Part shown: positions 1 through 9,111 of the stretch, one piece after another
How positions within the stretch are numbered: position 1 is the first letter of the stretch
How the letters are laid out: the number at the start of each line of letters is the position of its first letter
Assembly (NCBI GenBank): GCA_965218795.1
Contig: OZ244653.1
Location: 1,696,001 to 1,760,000 of the forward strand
Source of the DNA: a bacterium
GTDB lineage: Bacteria > UBA8248 > JACPRG01 > G963555815
Direction: 5' to 3'
DNA length: 64,000 nucleotides
Notes under the pieces: generated by a model
Seen by the model: only the letters and a program-made list of their open reading frames with translations
The model's database searches: none
Told to the model about the DNA's origin: nothing
Position numbers and translations under genes: made by a program

Positions 1-31
1 CGGGTTAAGCAAACACCCAATCAATGAGTCG

Positions 32-64
32 AAACGGCGGCCGTTTCCGGCCGCCGTTTTTTTT
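32..64 (+). terminator. Rho-independent terminator
   Basis: Perfect 12-bp stem AAACGGCGGCCG/CGGCCGCCGTTT, loop TTTC, T8 tail. Confidence 0.8.
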
Positions 65-235
65 GTGTCATCCCGAGGCGGCAACCCCCGCCTGTGCTGC
101 GCCAACCTGGACCCGAGGACGAGGGAATGAAGGAAAACACGCCACCTTCGAATATTCGATAGAGCACTCAGGCCGCGCATCGATCACGCCACCCTCCAGG
201 TTTGTCAAGAACACGCACCGTTGACGTTTCTACGC

Positions 236-799
236 TCAAAGGTTCTTCATATGCTCCCAAAATTGAACCTTGATTTCAAACGGGAAATAGGGGAAAGGCG
301 GCGCCTTCTCTGGCATCAGTTCCAACTGGGCCCAAAGGAAAGAAAATTGCCCCGCGTCCAACGCGTTCCGGAATGCTTCCGATAATTCCGCCGGGGTAGA
401 GGTTTCATCGGTTTCTGCAATCCCGAAGCCCTCCGCGATCTTCACAAAATTCGACTTGCCCTGATTCACCATGGGCTGCTGGCCCGTGAGCTCGTAGCTC
501 TGGTTGTCCATAATGACCACCGTCAAGTTGGATGGCTGGTGCTGGGCCAATGCGGCCAGGACGCTTAGGTTCATCAGGAGGCCGCCGTCCCCTTCAATGG
601 CGATTACCTTCTCCTTGGGCCTGGCCAAAGCCAGGCCCAGTCCGAAAGTCAAAGCGTGCCCCATCGGGCCACCCAAGTAAAAGTTTCCGGGCCGGTGGAG
701 GACCGAGTGCCAGAGCTGAGTCTGGGTCCCGATCGCTGTCACCACCAACTCATCCCCGACATGCTCGGCCAAGGTCTCAAAGGCCTCCCGTTGATTCAT
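236..799 (-). CDS. TPP-binding decarboxylase beta subunit (sulfopyruvate/phosphonopyruvate decarboxylase, ComE-like)
   Basis: TPP motif EGDGGLLMN...DNQSY; overlaps stop of alpha subunit. Confidence 0.8.
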   Translation of the reverse strand: MNQREAFETLAEHVGDELVVTAIGTQTQLWHSVLHRPGNFYLGGPMGHALTFGLGLALARPKEKVIAIEGDGGLLMNLSVLAALAQHQPSNLTVVIMDNQSYELTGQQPMVNQGKSNFVKIAEGFGIAETDETSTPAELSEAFRNALDAGQFSFLWAQLELMPEKAPPFPYFPFEIKVQFWEHMKNL

Positions 800-1299
800 C
801 GCGCCTCTCCGAAGGTGCCCTTGGTGATGAGAAGCGCGACGGGCGCCTGGCCGGCCTCAGCGAGGGTGTAGGCGTCGGCCACACAGCCTCTTGCGACAAA
901 ATCGGGCGGAAGCGGAAAGCACTGAACCCCGATCTGATCGAGGATCTTCTCGGCGCTCCTCCCCTTTTCGACATCATAGAAGGCCCAATCCCCGAGACGG
1001 CCTCGATGCGAGATAACCATCAGGAAGGGGATGCCATAGGTAATGGGCAGCGTGGCGAGTGCGCCCGTACAGTTCATGGCGCCCACATTCTGAATGATCA
1101 TCGCCGAGCGCAGGCCGCCGGCAACCGCACCACAGCAGATCCCGACGGCGTCCTCCTCCCGGGCGACGGGGACATGAATCATCTCCGGGTCCTCTTGCGC
1201 CCGTATGATGAGATTGTGGATCCAGGAGTCAGGCAGCGTCGTGCAGAGTCGGACGCCGCACGCCTTGATTTCCTCATATAGCCGGTCCGACCAGTTCAT
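796..1299 (-). CDS. TPP decarboxylase alpha subunit (ComD-like)
   Basis: LPDSWI and VAREEDAVGIC motifs, QNVG, SHRG; 167 aa. Confidence 0.8.
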   Translation of the reverse strand: MNWSDRLYEEIKACGVRLCTTLPDSWIHNLIIRAQEDPEMIHVPVAREEDAVGICCGAVAGGLRSAMIIQNVGAMNCTGALATLPITYGIPFLMVISHRGRLGDWAFYDVEKGRSAEKILDQIGVQCFPLPPDFVARGCVADAYTLAEAGQAPVALLITKGTFGEAR

Positions 1300-1373
1300 G
1301 ACTTCCTCCGCGTACGAGTCCTAAGCCCCCTTTATCCACCGAGATAATTTCCCATGATGTTCCAAACTTAATC

Positions 1374-1760
1374 TTAATCGTCCAGCACGGCAATCGCCTC
1401 GATTTCCACCAGCATCTGCGGGCGGGCCAGGGCCGCCTGGACCGTTGTGCGGCCGGGCTTGTCGTGGGGAAAGAATTTCTTGTACACCTCGTTCATGGCC
1501 TTGCCATTGCTGATGTCCGAGAGAAAAATCGTGCATTTGACCACATCGACCAGGGTGGCGCCGGCTTCGGCCAGCACGGCCTGCATGTTCATCAGACACT
1601 GCTCGGTTTGGGCGGCGATGTCGTCCTCTCCCACCAAGTTTCCCTGTTCGTCCTGAGGAATCATGCCGGCCGTGAACACGAGGTTCCCTTTTCGGATGCC
1701 GGGCGAGTAGGCGGGCTTGGGGACGGGGAGCGACTTAGGCTGAAGAACCTGCTTCGGCAT
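1374..1760 (-). CDS. RidA/YjgF family imine deaminase
   Basis: YSPG, AGMIP, PGRTTV, VEIEAIA motifs; AAGGAGG RBS 7 nt before ATG at 1760. Confidence 0.9.
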   Translation of the reverse strand: MPKQVLQPKSLPVPKPAYSPGIRKGNLVFTAGMIPQDEQGNLVGEDDIAAQTEQCLMNMQAVLAEAGATLVDVVKCTIFLSDISNGKAMNEVYKKFFPHDKPGRTTVQAALARPQMLVEIEAIAVLDD

Positions 1761-2031
1761 GGACATTCCTCCTTCGGGTTCGGGGGTACTGGAAATCCGC
1801 ACTCCTTTTCGGTTGATCCGTATCGGCTCTTGTCGCGAAAAAAGCCCTTGAGGACAGGGGCCAAGTCGAGCGGAGAGTATCCGGCATGGCCAGACTGTGC
1901 CAAGCGTACAGAAACGGACGGGAAGAGAATAGGACCGACTTTACCTTTTTACAGAGCGGTCTGGACGGGGGGTGTCCGGACTTCGCACCTTGCTCGTACG
2001 AATCCGATAAAACCCATAGGCCGCAAGGGGT

Positions 2032-2997
2032 TCAGGCTTCGATACCGATTTCTCTCATCATTCTCCGGTAGGCCAGGGCAGGCGCGTCCGGTCCCTTCAT
2101 ATGAAGTTCTTCGGTCAAGTCCAGAGGGAGTTCCTCCGGGCGTTGGTTCTCGACGATCTTCTGATCCTGTTCGATAATGAGTTCCCCCATGTCTTCGACC
2201 TTTGTCTCATCTGAGAAAACCTCGTAGTTCCGGGCGAGCATGAAGATTCGGGTGCACTCGGTCGCCGTATGAGGCGTACACGCGAAAAACATCACTTCGG
2301 TCTTTCCGTCGGATTCCACTTTGGACAGATTGATCGTAAAGGGCCTGTAAATCCGGAAGACGCGCTCATAGGAACCTGCCTCGCGGGTCCGGTCTTTGAT
2401 GCCTTCGACGCCGAACCGGATTTCCTCGCCGACCCTCTCCACGTTGACTGTCGGAGTCAGCGGCTGGTCCCGCGCACCCAGGATCCCATCGTGAATCCAA
2501 GGAAGATGGCCGAGATCGATGAAGTTTTCGATGGCCCGGGCAGCGCTGCATTTCCAGGGCCTGCCGTCGCGGTGATCGAAGTGGAAACTCGGATCTTCCA
2601 GCGTTGGAATCTCCGGGATGGGCGCCCGCGGCTCGTCCGCCAGGCAAACCCAAATGAGTCCGTATTGCTCCTTGGCGTGGTAGGCCGTTAGACAGGCCTT
2701 TTTCGGAATGGGGTGCTCCGGGGGAATGGAAGGAATCCGAACGCATTTGCCGTCGGCGTTGTAGCTCCAGCCGTGATAGGCACACACGAGATTCTCCCCC
2801 TCCACCCATCCAAGAGAAAGCGGTGTTCCCCGGTGGACGCAGAGATCGTAATAGGCGACCACACGTCCTGCCAATCGGCAAAGGACAATCTGTTCATCCA
2901 GGAGTTTGACGGCGTGCGGCTTGTCGCCTACGTCTTCTGCAATGGCGACCGGGTGCCAGTATTCTCTTAGCGGAGGCCAGAGATCGCTTTCGCGCAT
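2032..2997 (-). CDS. Rieske oxygenase alpha subunit (VanA/demethylase-like)
   Basis: CVHRG...CAYHGW Rieske motif; ENFIDLGHLPWIH mononuclear Fe motif. Confidence 0.9.
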   Translation of the reverse strand: MRESDLWPPLREYWHPVAIAEDVGDKPHAVKLLDEQIVLCRLAGRVVAYYDLCVHRGTPLSLGWVEGENLVCAYHGWSYNADGKCVRIPSIPPEHPIPKKACLTAYHAKEQYGLIWVCLADEPRAPIPEIPTLEDPSFHFDHRDGRPWKCSAARAIENFIDLGHLPWIHDGILGARDQPLTPTVNVERVGEEIRFGVEGIKDRTREAGSYERVFRIYRPFTINLSKVESDGKTEVMFFACTPHTATECTRIFMLARNYEVFSDETKVEDMGELIIEQDQKIVENQRPEELPLDLTEELHMKGPDAPALAYRRMMREIGIEA

Positions 2998-3073
2998 TTC
3001 TCATCTCCTGACGGCAGTCTTGCGAGAGAAGCCAGCAACGTCGATTCGGAATCCCCGCCCCCAGGGGATAGCC

Positions 3074-4075
3074 CTAGTTCTTCTCGGGCGGCATGATCCC
3101 GGGAAGGAACTCATTGGTGTAAATTTCGTCCAGCGATGGAGTCTGTTTCAGTTTACGGTACTGAACCGCCAAGTCACGGGTGGAGCGGACCTTGTCGGCC
3201 ATCATGTAACCCAGGCCATGCTTCCTGGATTCCTCGGTCAAAATCTCCTTGAGCGTAACCTGCCAGCTTTTTTTCGCCGATACGGGGTTTAACGCCTGAT
3301 TATGCTTCGACAGGATAGTGATCGCCTCATCCTGGTTTTGCATGGCCCATCGAATTCCCTTGTAGGCGGCGGCCAGGAACCGCCGAACCTGTTGAGGATT
3401 CTTGGCCACGGTGTCGTCTCTTGTCAGCAAACCGTTCGAATAGATCTTGAAGCCCCAGTCCCTGTGATAAAGCGGAACGGCCTTCTTTCCCTGTTTAGCC
3501 GCCGCGGCCTCGATGATGGGGCCGCTTCCCGTATAATGCGCGGTCACATCGACTGCTCCCGACAAGAGACTCGGAATCAGCGATCCCGTGTTCATGTTGA
3601 CCCATTTTACCTTACTTGCATCAATGTTATTGATCTTGGCATAGGCGGGAAACAGTACATTGACAGCGCTCCAGCTTGTGGATCCGATACTTTTTCCTTC
3701 CAGATCCTTCGGCTTTCGGATACCAGTCTGATCGAGGGAATACAGGACATACGGGGCTTTTCCGATGATCATCCCGACCATTCGATTCCTGCTCCCCTTC
3801 GTACGTCCGACAATCATTGCCCCCAAATCGGCATAGCCGAAATCGCTTTTCCCAAGGCCCACGACCTTGACGGCTTTTCCTGAGCCCCGGCCCGGGATGA
3901 TGGTCATATCAAATCCCTGATCCTTAAAGAACCCCTTGTCAAGCGCGGCGAAGTATCCCGCGTGGCTTCCAATGATTATCCAGTCAAGAATCAAGGTGGC
4001 CTTCTCCTGCGCCACCGCGCCGGTTGCAAGGCTCAGTGCCATGAGAACGCCCATCAGGTTGCCTAACATCTTCAT
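3074..4075 (-). CDS. NMT1/THI5-like ABC substrate-binding protein
   Basis: Signal peptide; LDW...HAGYFAALDKGFF, PKDLEGK, IYTNEFLP; start placed at MKML. Confidence 0.85.
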   Translation of the reverse strand: MKMLGNLMGVLMALSLATGAVAQEKATLILDWIIIGSHAGYFAALDKGFFKDQGFDMTIIPGRGSGKAVKVVGLGKSDFGYADLGAMIVGRTKGSRNRMVGMIIGKAPYVLYSLDQTGIRKPKDLEGKSIGSTSWSAVNVLFPAYAKINNIDASKVKWVNMNTGSLIPSLLSGAVDVTAHYTGSGPIIEAAAAKQGKKAVPLYHRDWGFKIYSNGLLTRDDTVAKNPQQVRRFLAAAYKGIRWAMQNQDEAITILSKHNQALNPVSAKKSWQVTLKEILTEESRKHGLGYMMADKVRSTRDLAVQYRKLKQTPSLDEIYTNEFLPGIMPPEKN

Positions 4076-4236
4076 TGATTTGCCCCCCCCTTTTACTGAG
4101 AATGGACTTGGTTGGGCCTGGGGATGACCGGACACACGTGTCAGCCTGGGGAACCCCGGATGCCCTTCCGCCCCTCACTAAGATTCGGACGCGAATCGCC
4201 GATTATACCTGACTAGAACAAGTTGTGGAAGAGATT

Positions 4237-4640
4237 AGAAGAGGACCCTGATTTTTGGACAGTCCTATCAGTGTACTCTGCCCCCTGTGGAACACGTGTT
4301 TCGTGCCGCGTCGGGCCCACGATCGCTCGCCGGCATACACCGCGTTGGGCGTGCGGCGGTTGAGGCGTTGATGGCGCCTCTGGGCATTGTAGAACCGGAA
4401 GTAGCGAGCCAGAGCGGCGCGCGCGGGGCGGCGGGTATCGTCTCGTAGTAGGCGTGCAGATACACCTCCTCGTATTTCACGCTGCGCCACAGCCGCTCGA
4501 TGAACACATTATCGACCCAGCGCCTTTGCCGTCCATGCTGATGGCCACCTCATGGGCCTTGAGCACCTCGGTAAACGCCGAAGGGGTGAACTGGGCGCCC
4601 TGATCGGTGTTGAAGAACTCCGGGCGCCCGTGACCTGCCC
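4237..4640 (-). mobile_element. IS3-family transposase remnant (frameshifted 3' part)
   Basis: FNTDQGAQFT, SMDGKG, FIERLWRSVKYE, FYN..R.HQ.L..RTP spread across three frames; IR-like TGTCCAAAAATCAGGGTCC near 4243-4261. Confidence 0.8.
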
Positions 4641-4720
4641 CCCCAACGAGCCCATCCCCCAAGTTAGACTCGGGACCATCTGAAGTCCACTCCAGGGGAG
4701 CAGACTCAAGGAATACCGCA

Positions 4721-4830
4721 ATGGACGGAAAACTGATAGTGGCTGGGATCGACATCGGAAAGAGTGAACTGCATACGCATGTTCTGCCGGCCGACAAGGC
4801 GAAGACCGTCGCGCTTCCGCCGGGGCCCTG
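4721..4830 (+). pseudogene. IS110-family transposase N-terminal fragment
   Basis: MDGKLIVAGIDIGKSELHTHV resembles the first DEDD RuvC motif, then similarity stops. Confidence 0.5.
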
Positions 4831-4853
4831 CGCGGCCTGCTCGTCCTCGGCGG

Positions 4854-5141
4854 TCAGGCGGTCACGAACCTGCGAACCGCGATCTTGTCCCGGTTCGTCT
4901 GCGTCTGCCATAGATCGTACTGCATCTGCTGCTGCAACCAGCTTTCAGGACTCCCGCCGAAAGCCTGAGAGAGCCGGATGGCCATCTCAGGGGAAATGCC
5001 GAGGCGGCCGTTGAGCAGCATGGAAAGCGTGTTGCGCGACACGGCGAGACCCTTCGCAGCCTCGGTCACCGTCAATCCGAGGGGCTCCAGGCATTGCCGC
5101 CTGATGAACGCGCCGGGATGGGGCGGATCGTGCATGAGCAT
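4854..5141 (-). CDS. higA: HigA-family antitoxin
   Basis: [43 protein letters not shown]. Confidence 0.9.
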   Translation of the reverse strand: MLMHDPPHPGAFIRRQCLEPLGLTVTEAAKGLAVSRNTLSMLLNGRLGISPEMAIRLSQAFGGSPESWLQQQMQYDLWQTQTNRDKIAVRRFVTA

Positions 5142-5153
5142 GGTCCGGCCTTT

Positions 5154-5252
5154 CTAGTGGTAGTCCAGATAGTCGACATCCACGGCATGGCTGTCCTCGA
5201 AACGGAAAATCACGCGCCAGTTGGCGCGCACCGTGACGGCCCAGAAGCGTCC
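5154..5252 (-). pseudogene. HigB toxin C-terminal fragment
   Basis: FWAVTVRANWRVIFRF...VDYLDYH; N-terminal two thirds absent. Confidence 0.75.
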
Positions 5253-5254
5253 TA

Positions 5255-5475
5255 TTCCGCCATTCACGCCGGGAAGTACGCTGCAGCGGAGGCCTCGGCC
5301 TTCATCACGGAGCGGGCCTTGAAGGTTGTGGGCGGACCGGGCCTCCTTCGCGAGCACCGCTGGAGCGATTCCACCGGGATGCGCGGGCCGGCCTCGTCAT
5401 GCCCCCCAACTCAGAGACCTGTCTGGAAAACATTGCTCGAAGCGTCCTCCCGGTTGAAGCCGGAGGCATGAAAAC
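5255..5475 (+). pseudogene. Acyl-CoA dehydrogenase C-terminal fragment
   Basis: KYAAAEA...ALKVVGGPG, then after a frameshift LERFHRDAR. Confidence 0.6.
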
Positions 5476-5589
5476 GGAATAACCCGGCCGATATAACGGG
5501 CATTTCGCTGAAACGGATGATCCGCTTGATGAGCCGACCTTCACCGGGTCTCGACCAGGACAACGAATGGCGAGTACCGGCGGAAGACG

Positions 5590-5945
5590 GGGGCGTCGAC
5601 GTCCTGGGCACGGCGGAAATTGAAAACTTCCTGGTTCGCCGGGCCTGCTGCATGAGGAGCATGGCGGCGGAAATCTTCGTTCCAAAACGTATGCCTTCCA
5701 CTCCCCGCCGGACCAGGCCCGCTGGGGCGACCCCCACAAGCTCTCCCCGAGCGTTGATCACGGGACCTCCGCTGCTTCCTTCGTTGATCGGCGCGGTCAT
5801 CCGGAACCGCGCAATGTGATCTTCCATCCCCGTCGCGGCGCTGACCTGGCCTGACACGATGCTCGGCTGACGGCTGAACCGGCCGCCCAGGGGATGGCCC
5901 AAGGCGTGAACCCGCTCCCCGGGCTCGACGATGGTGCCAAAGTCT
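5590..5945 (-). pseudogene. Trypsin-like serine protease fragment
   Basis: GERVHALGHPLG, TAPINEGSSGGPVINARGELVGV; His/Asp half missing. Confidence 0.7.
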
Positions 5946-5959
5946 GGAACAAAGCCACC

Positions 5960-6085
5960 CCGCTTCGGCGGGGTCTGGGATTCGGTCTTGCTCGCGAGCG
6001 ACGGGGATCCACTCACTGCGGACGAAGTTGCGGACCACCTGCCGGATGGCCTGGTGGCTCTCGGGGAGGTGAAACCCTATGATCG
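5960..6085 (-). pseudogene. Acyl-CoA dehydrogenase N-terminal fragment
   Basis: GFHLPESHQAIRQVVRNFVRSEWIPVAREQD after an AAGGAGG RBS. Confidence 0.5.
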
Positions 6086-6364
6086 TCCTCCTTGATCCCC
6101 CGACCGATGGAGTTAACGGCAAACAATAGATGGCATTGGTGAATTGGAACGACAGCCGGGAAAATAAAACTGGCATGTGGAGTCAATGTACGATTCGGGA
6201 TACCTTCAATGTCCACTTTCCTGCCCTTCCCCTCTCTTCAATGGTTTTACAAACTCTTGACAGCATTTTTCGTATTCCCGCAATGAAATTCTGCAAAAAT
6301 GGAATGTCTCGATGACATTGCGGCGAATTTGATCTTCCACCATTCGTAACGAGGAGCGAAGTCC

Positions 6365-6844
6365 ATGAAGCCAGAACTCCCCCACGTCGTTCTGCGACGA
6401 ACTTTGATGCCGATTCTCATGGCAGCCGTCTTGTTGATGACAACCGGCGCGGCCTTCGCCGCCAAGCCCGTTTTTTCGACCCTCTTCGGCGGGGCCATCC
6501 GGGGCTATGACCCGGTGGCCTATTTTACGGAGGCAAAACCCAGCAAGGGGAAAAGCGCTTACCAGTTCAAGTGGAAGGAAGCCACATGGTCATTCGCCAG
6601 TTCGGAAAACCGCGACCTCTTTGCCAAGAACCCCGAGAAGTACGCGCCCCGATACGGCGGGTATTGCGCATGGGCGGTCAGCGAAGGCTACACGGCCAGC
6701 ATAGACCCCAACGCCTGGCGGATCGTCAAAGGGAAGCTCTATCTCAACTACAGTGAAGGCGTCCAGCAACAGTGGGAGCAGGACATCCCGGGCAACATCG
6801 CCAAGGCCGACGTGAACTGGCCGAAGATCCTGAAGGGAAAGTAG
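6365..6844 (+). CDS. Secreted YHS-domain protein
   Basis: Signal peptide; GYDPVAYF, FASSENRDLF, PRYGGYCAW, GKLYLN. Confidence 0.9.
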   Translation: MKPELPHVVLRRTLMPILMAAVLLMTTGAAFAAKPVFSTLFGGAIRGYDPVAYFTEAKPSKGKSAYQFKWKEATWSFASSENRDLFAKNPEKYAPRYGGYCAWAVSEGYTASIDPNAWRIVKGKLYLNYSEGVQQQWEQDIPGNIAKADVNWPKILKGK

Positions 6845-7273
6845 CGGCCAACGGGTGGACGGGGTGAAGGGTTACGCCCTCGTCGTCAGGCCGCCCGGTG
6901 TACTCAGACAATCTACAGCGGTACTTGCGTTATCTCCGTCGCTATATGATGGGCAATGACCTCAGGGGCCGGGAGTTTTCCGTTGCCGTTGTCCATGACA
7001 CGTCATCCGCTATGGCAACGATATCTTTGGGAATTATAACGAATAGTCACAATCGATAGGGGGGGCAAGGTGTCGTGATCTTGCAGCAGTCATCCGGTTT
7101 GGCGCTAAACCTGTACCGGACCTGAGTCTGCGGTGCAGGCCCTTTCGCCTTGCCCCCCCATTGAGAATGGGGAGGCGAGGGTTGGAGTAATCGTGAAAAA
7201 CCCGTAAAGGCAATAGATTTCCAGGTGGGAGTTGGTTATATTTGAATTTGCCACCACAAGGAGGAATCGGACA

Positions 7274-7459
7274 ATGGATGAAGATCGGATAATCAAGGAA
7301 ATCAAGGAAGCCCTAGATGTGAGGGTCCGCGCTTTCAAGGAATACTTCGATGAAAGACTCAACAGAATCGATGAAAACCGCAAAGAAGACCGGGGGGTTA
7401 TCCTGGAAGCAATCAGCAAACTCAACGACACAATCATCCGCGAAAGGACGGCGTCATGA
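7274..7459 (+). CDS. Small coiled-coil hypothetical protein (61 aa)
   Basis: AAGGAGG RBS upstream; amphipathic helical sequence. Confidence 0.6.
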   Translation: MDEDRIIKEIKEALDVRVRAFKEYFDERLNRIDENRKEDRGVILEAISKLNDTIIRERTAS

Positions 7460-7660
7460 GCGTTCTTCCTTTTTCTTGGTTTGCCCCAAAATAGGCCGGA
7501 AGAATGCTCGCCGCACGGTTTCCCTGCTTGCCCCCGGCATATCGATCTCGGCTTCCTGTTCCGCCTTGGGCGGTTGATAGTCGGGCGGCGTCATGGAGAT
7601 CGTGCGCGGTTCCGGGGGCGGTTCTTTCTTCTGTTTTGGGCGATTGATCTTCAATCCCAT
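7454..7660 (-). CDS. Small hypothetical protein (PDYQPPKAEQE motif)
   Basis: AAGGA RBS-like signal; convergent with and overlapping the previous ORF. Confidence 0.45.
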   Translation of the reverse strand: MGLKINRPKQKKEPPPEPRTISMTPPDYQPPKAEQEAEIDMPGASRETVRRAFFRPILGQTKKKEERS

Positions 7661-7878
7661 GATCCATCCTTATATAGAATATATTTTGTTTGACTACAAT
7701 GGCCTTCCGATAATATCGGCAGTTTACGCAGCATTCGATCCCGGCCAACGCAACCAAGCCCTCTGATGAAAGAATTCCTGGCTCGCAAGATACAGATGCA
7801 GTCGTCAACACACCGGGTCGCCGAGAGTGGTTCTCCAGCTATCTCGCTCGACAGCTTCGCAACGATGTCCTCGCGCGT

Positions 7879-8586
7879 ATGCTTTCGAACGGTGTCGCAG
7901 AAGTGATGACGGGTCCATTCGCGGGTCTCAAGGTCCCGCCGGGGCTGAAGACGGACAATTTAGCCGCCGCGTATATTCTCGGCACTTACGAACAGCCAGT
8001 CGTTCACCGGATTATGAAGATGCTGTCGCCGCACCGCCCGCGCTTTCTCAACATCGGTTGCGGCTCAGGGTATTTCACCAACGGGGTCGCCTTTGCAGCG
8101 AATGTTGAAACGATCGGCTTCGACACCGATCCTGAGCGGGTGATAAGCGCGGACCTGATACGTGATCTCAATGACCTTGAAACAGCCCGTCATGTTCGAA
8201 CAACCGCACATGAGATCGACTACGCGGACTATATCCGTGAGGGAGATCTTGTCTTGGTCGATATCGAAGGAGCGGAATACGCACTGCTCCAGCCCGAGAA
8301 AACGCCAGCGCTGGTTGGTGCCGACTACATCGTCGAATTGCACAGCAAATATGGCTATGACCAGGACACGGGTCGTCAAGAGATCATACGCCGGTTCGCT
8401 GACACGCATGAGGCCGAGGTGCTGCGACAAAGGCTGGAGTTGGACTACAGCCCGCGTCTTTTTGCTACCTACCCCTGGCTCACCAACTACATGCTGCATG
8501 TTGCCGCCTTTGAATACAGATCCAATCTCCAGAACTGGTTAGTGCTGCGCCGCAAAAAACCCGCCGGCGTTCAGCAAACTTCCTGA
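7879..8586 (+). CDS. FkbM-like SAM-dependent methyltransferase
   Basis: LGTYE, NIGCGSGYF, VDIEGAEY, IVELH; true start uncertain. Confidence 0.75.
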   Translation: MLSNGVAEVMTGPFAGLKVPPGLKTDNLAAAYILGTYEQPVVHRIMKMLSPHRPRFLNIGCGSGYFTNGVAFAANVETIGFDTDPERVISADLIRDLNDLETARHVRTTAHEIDYADYIREGDLVLVDIEGAEYALLQPEKTPALVGADYIVELHSKYGYDQDTGRQEIIRRFADTHEAEVLRQRLELDYSPRLFATYPWLTNYMLHVAAFEYRSNLQNWLVLRRKKPAGVQQTS

Positions 8587-8866
8587 ACCGTACCGTATCT
8601 CCTTGAGCGAATCTCAATCGTCTCGACCATCATGGTTCCCTGAACCGGCCCGGTTGAGAACTGATCCGGGTTCATTTTGTACAGAGATGGTAATGTCCTG
8701 ACAGTGCCGCCTCGTTTCCGCGCACAGGCGGGGGGGAAGGTTCGGCGGACAGGATGGGTTGTGAGCGGAATGTGGATTCCCGCCGGAGCCTGCCCCGGAT
8801 GTATCCAGCGGGGGCGGGAATGACGGATTGGGGGGGCCTGTCCCTCATGGCGTGAGCTGGGAAGCG

Positions 8867-8930
8867 GGACATCCCGGGCAACATCGCCAGGGCCGACGTG
8901 AACCGGCCGAAGAACCTGAAGGGGAAGCAG
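8867..8930 (+). repeat. Diverged direct copy of YHS gene 3' end (6781-6844)
   Basis: 64 bp, 5 mismatches on manual alignment. Confidence 0.9.
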
Positions 8931-9111
8931 ACGCCCCCGCTTCCGAATCCCAATCCATTTCATCATCGATGGGGACAGGCGCGAGGCGACTCCGGTCACT
9001 GCCGCCAATCTCGATGCAGCCGGACGATCCCTGGAACAGGGCCGCCACCCAGGCGGGGAGTTCAGGCTCGTGTGCATCCGGGTCCCGCAGCCCTGGAAAG
9101 CCGCCGAGCAT

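Noticed and set aside
6365-6844. Selenoprotein form of the YHS protein
   Set aside because: The motif has Cys (TGC), with no in-frame TGA
6781-8930. YHS 3' repeat as a DGR variable/template repeat pair
   Set aside because: Mismatches are not adenine-specific in either direction, and there is no reverse transcriptase in the window
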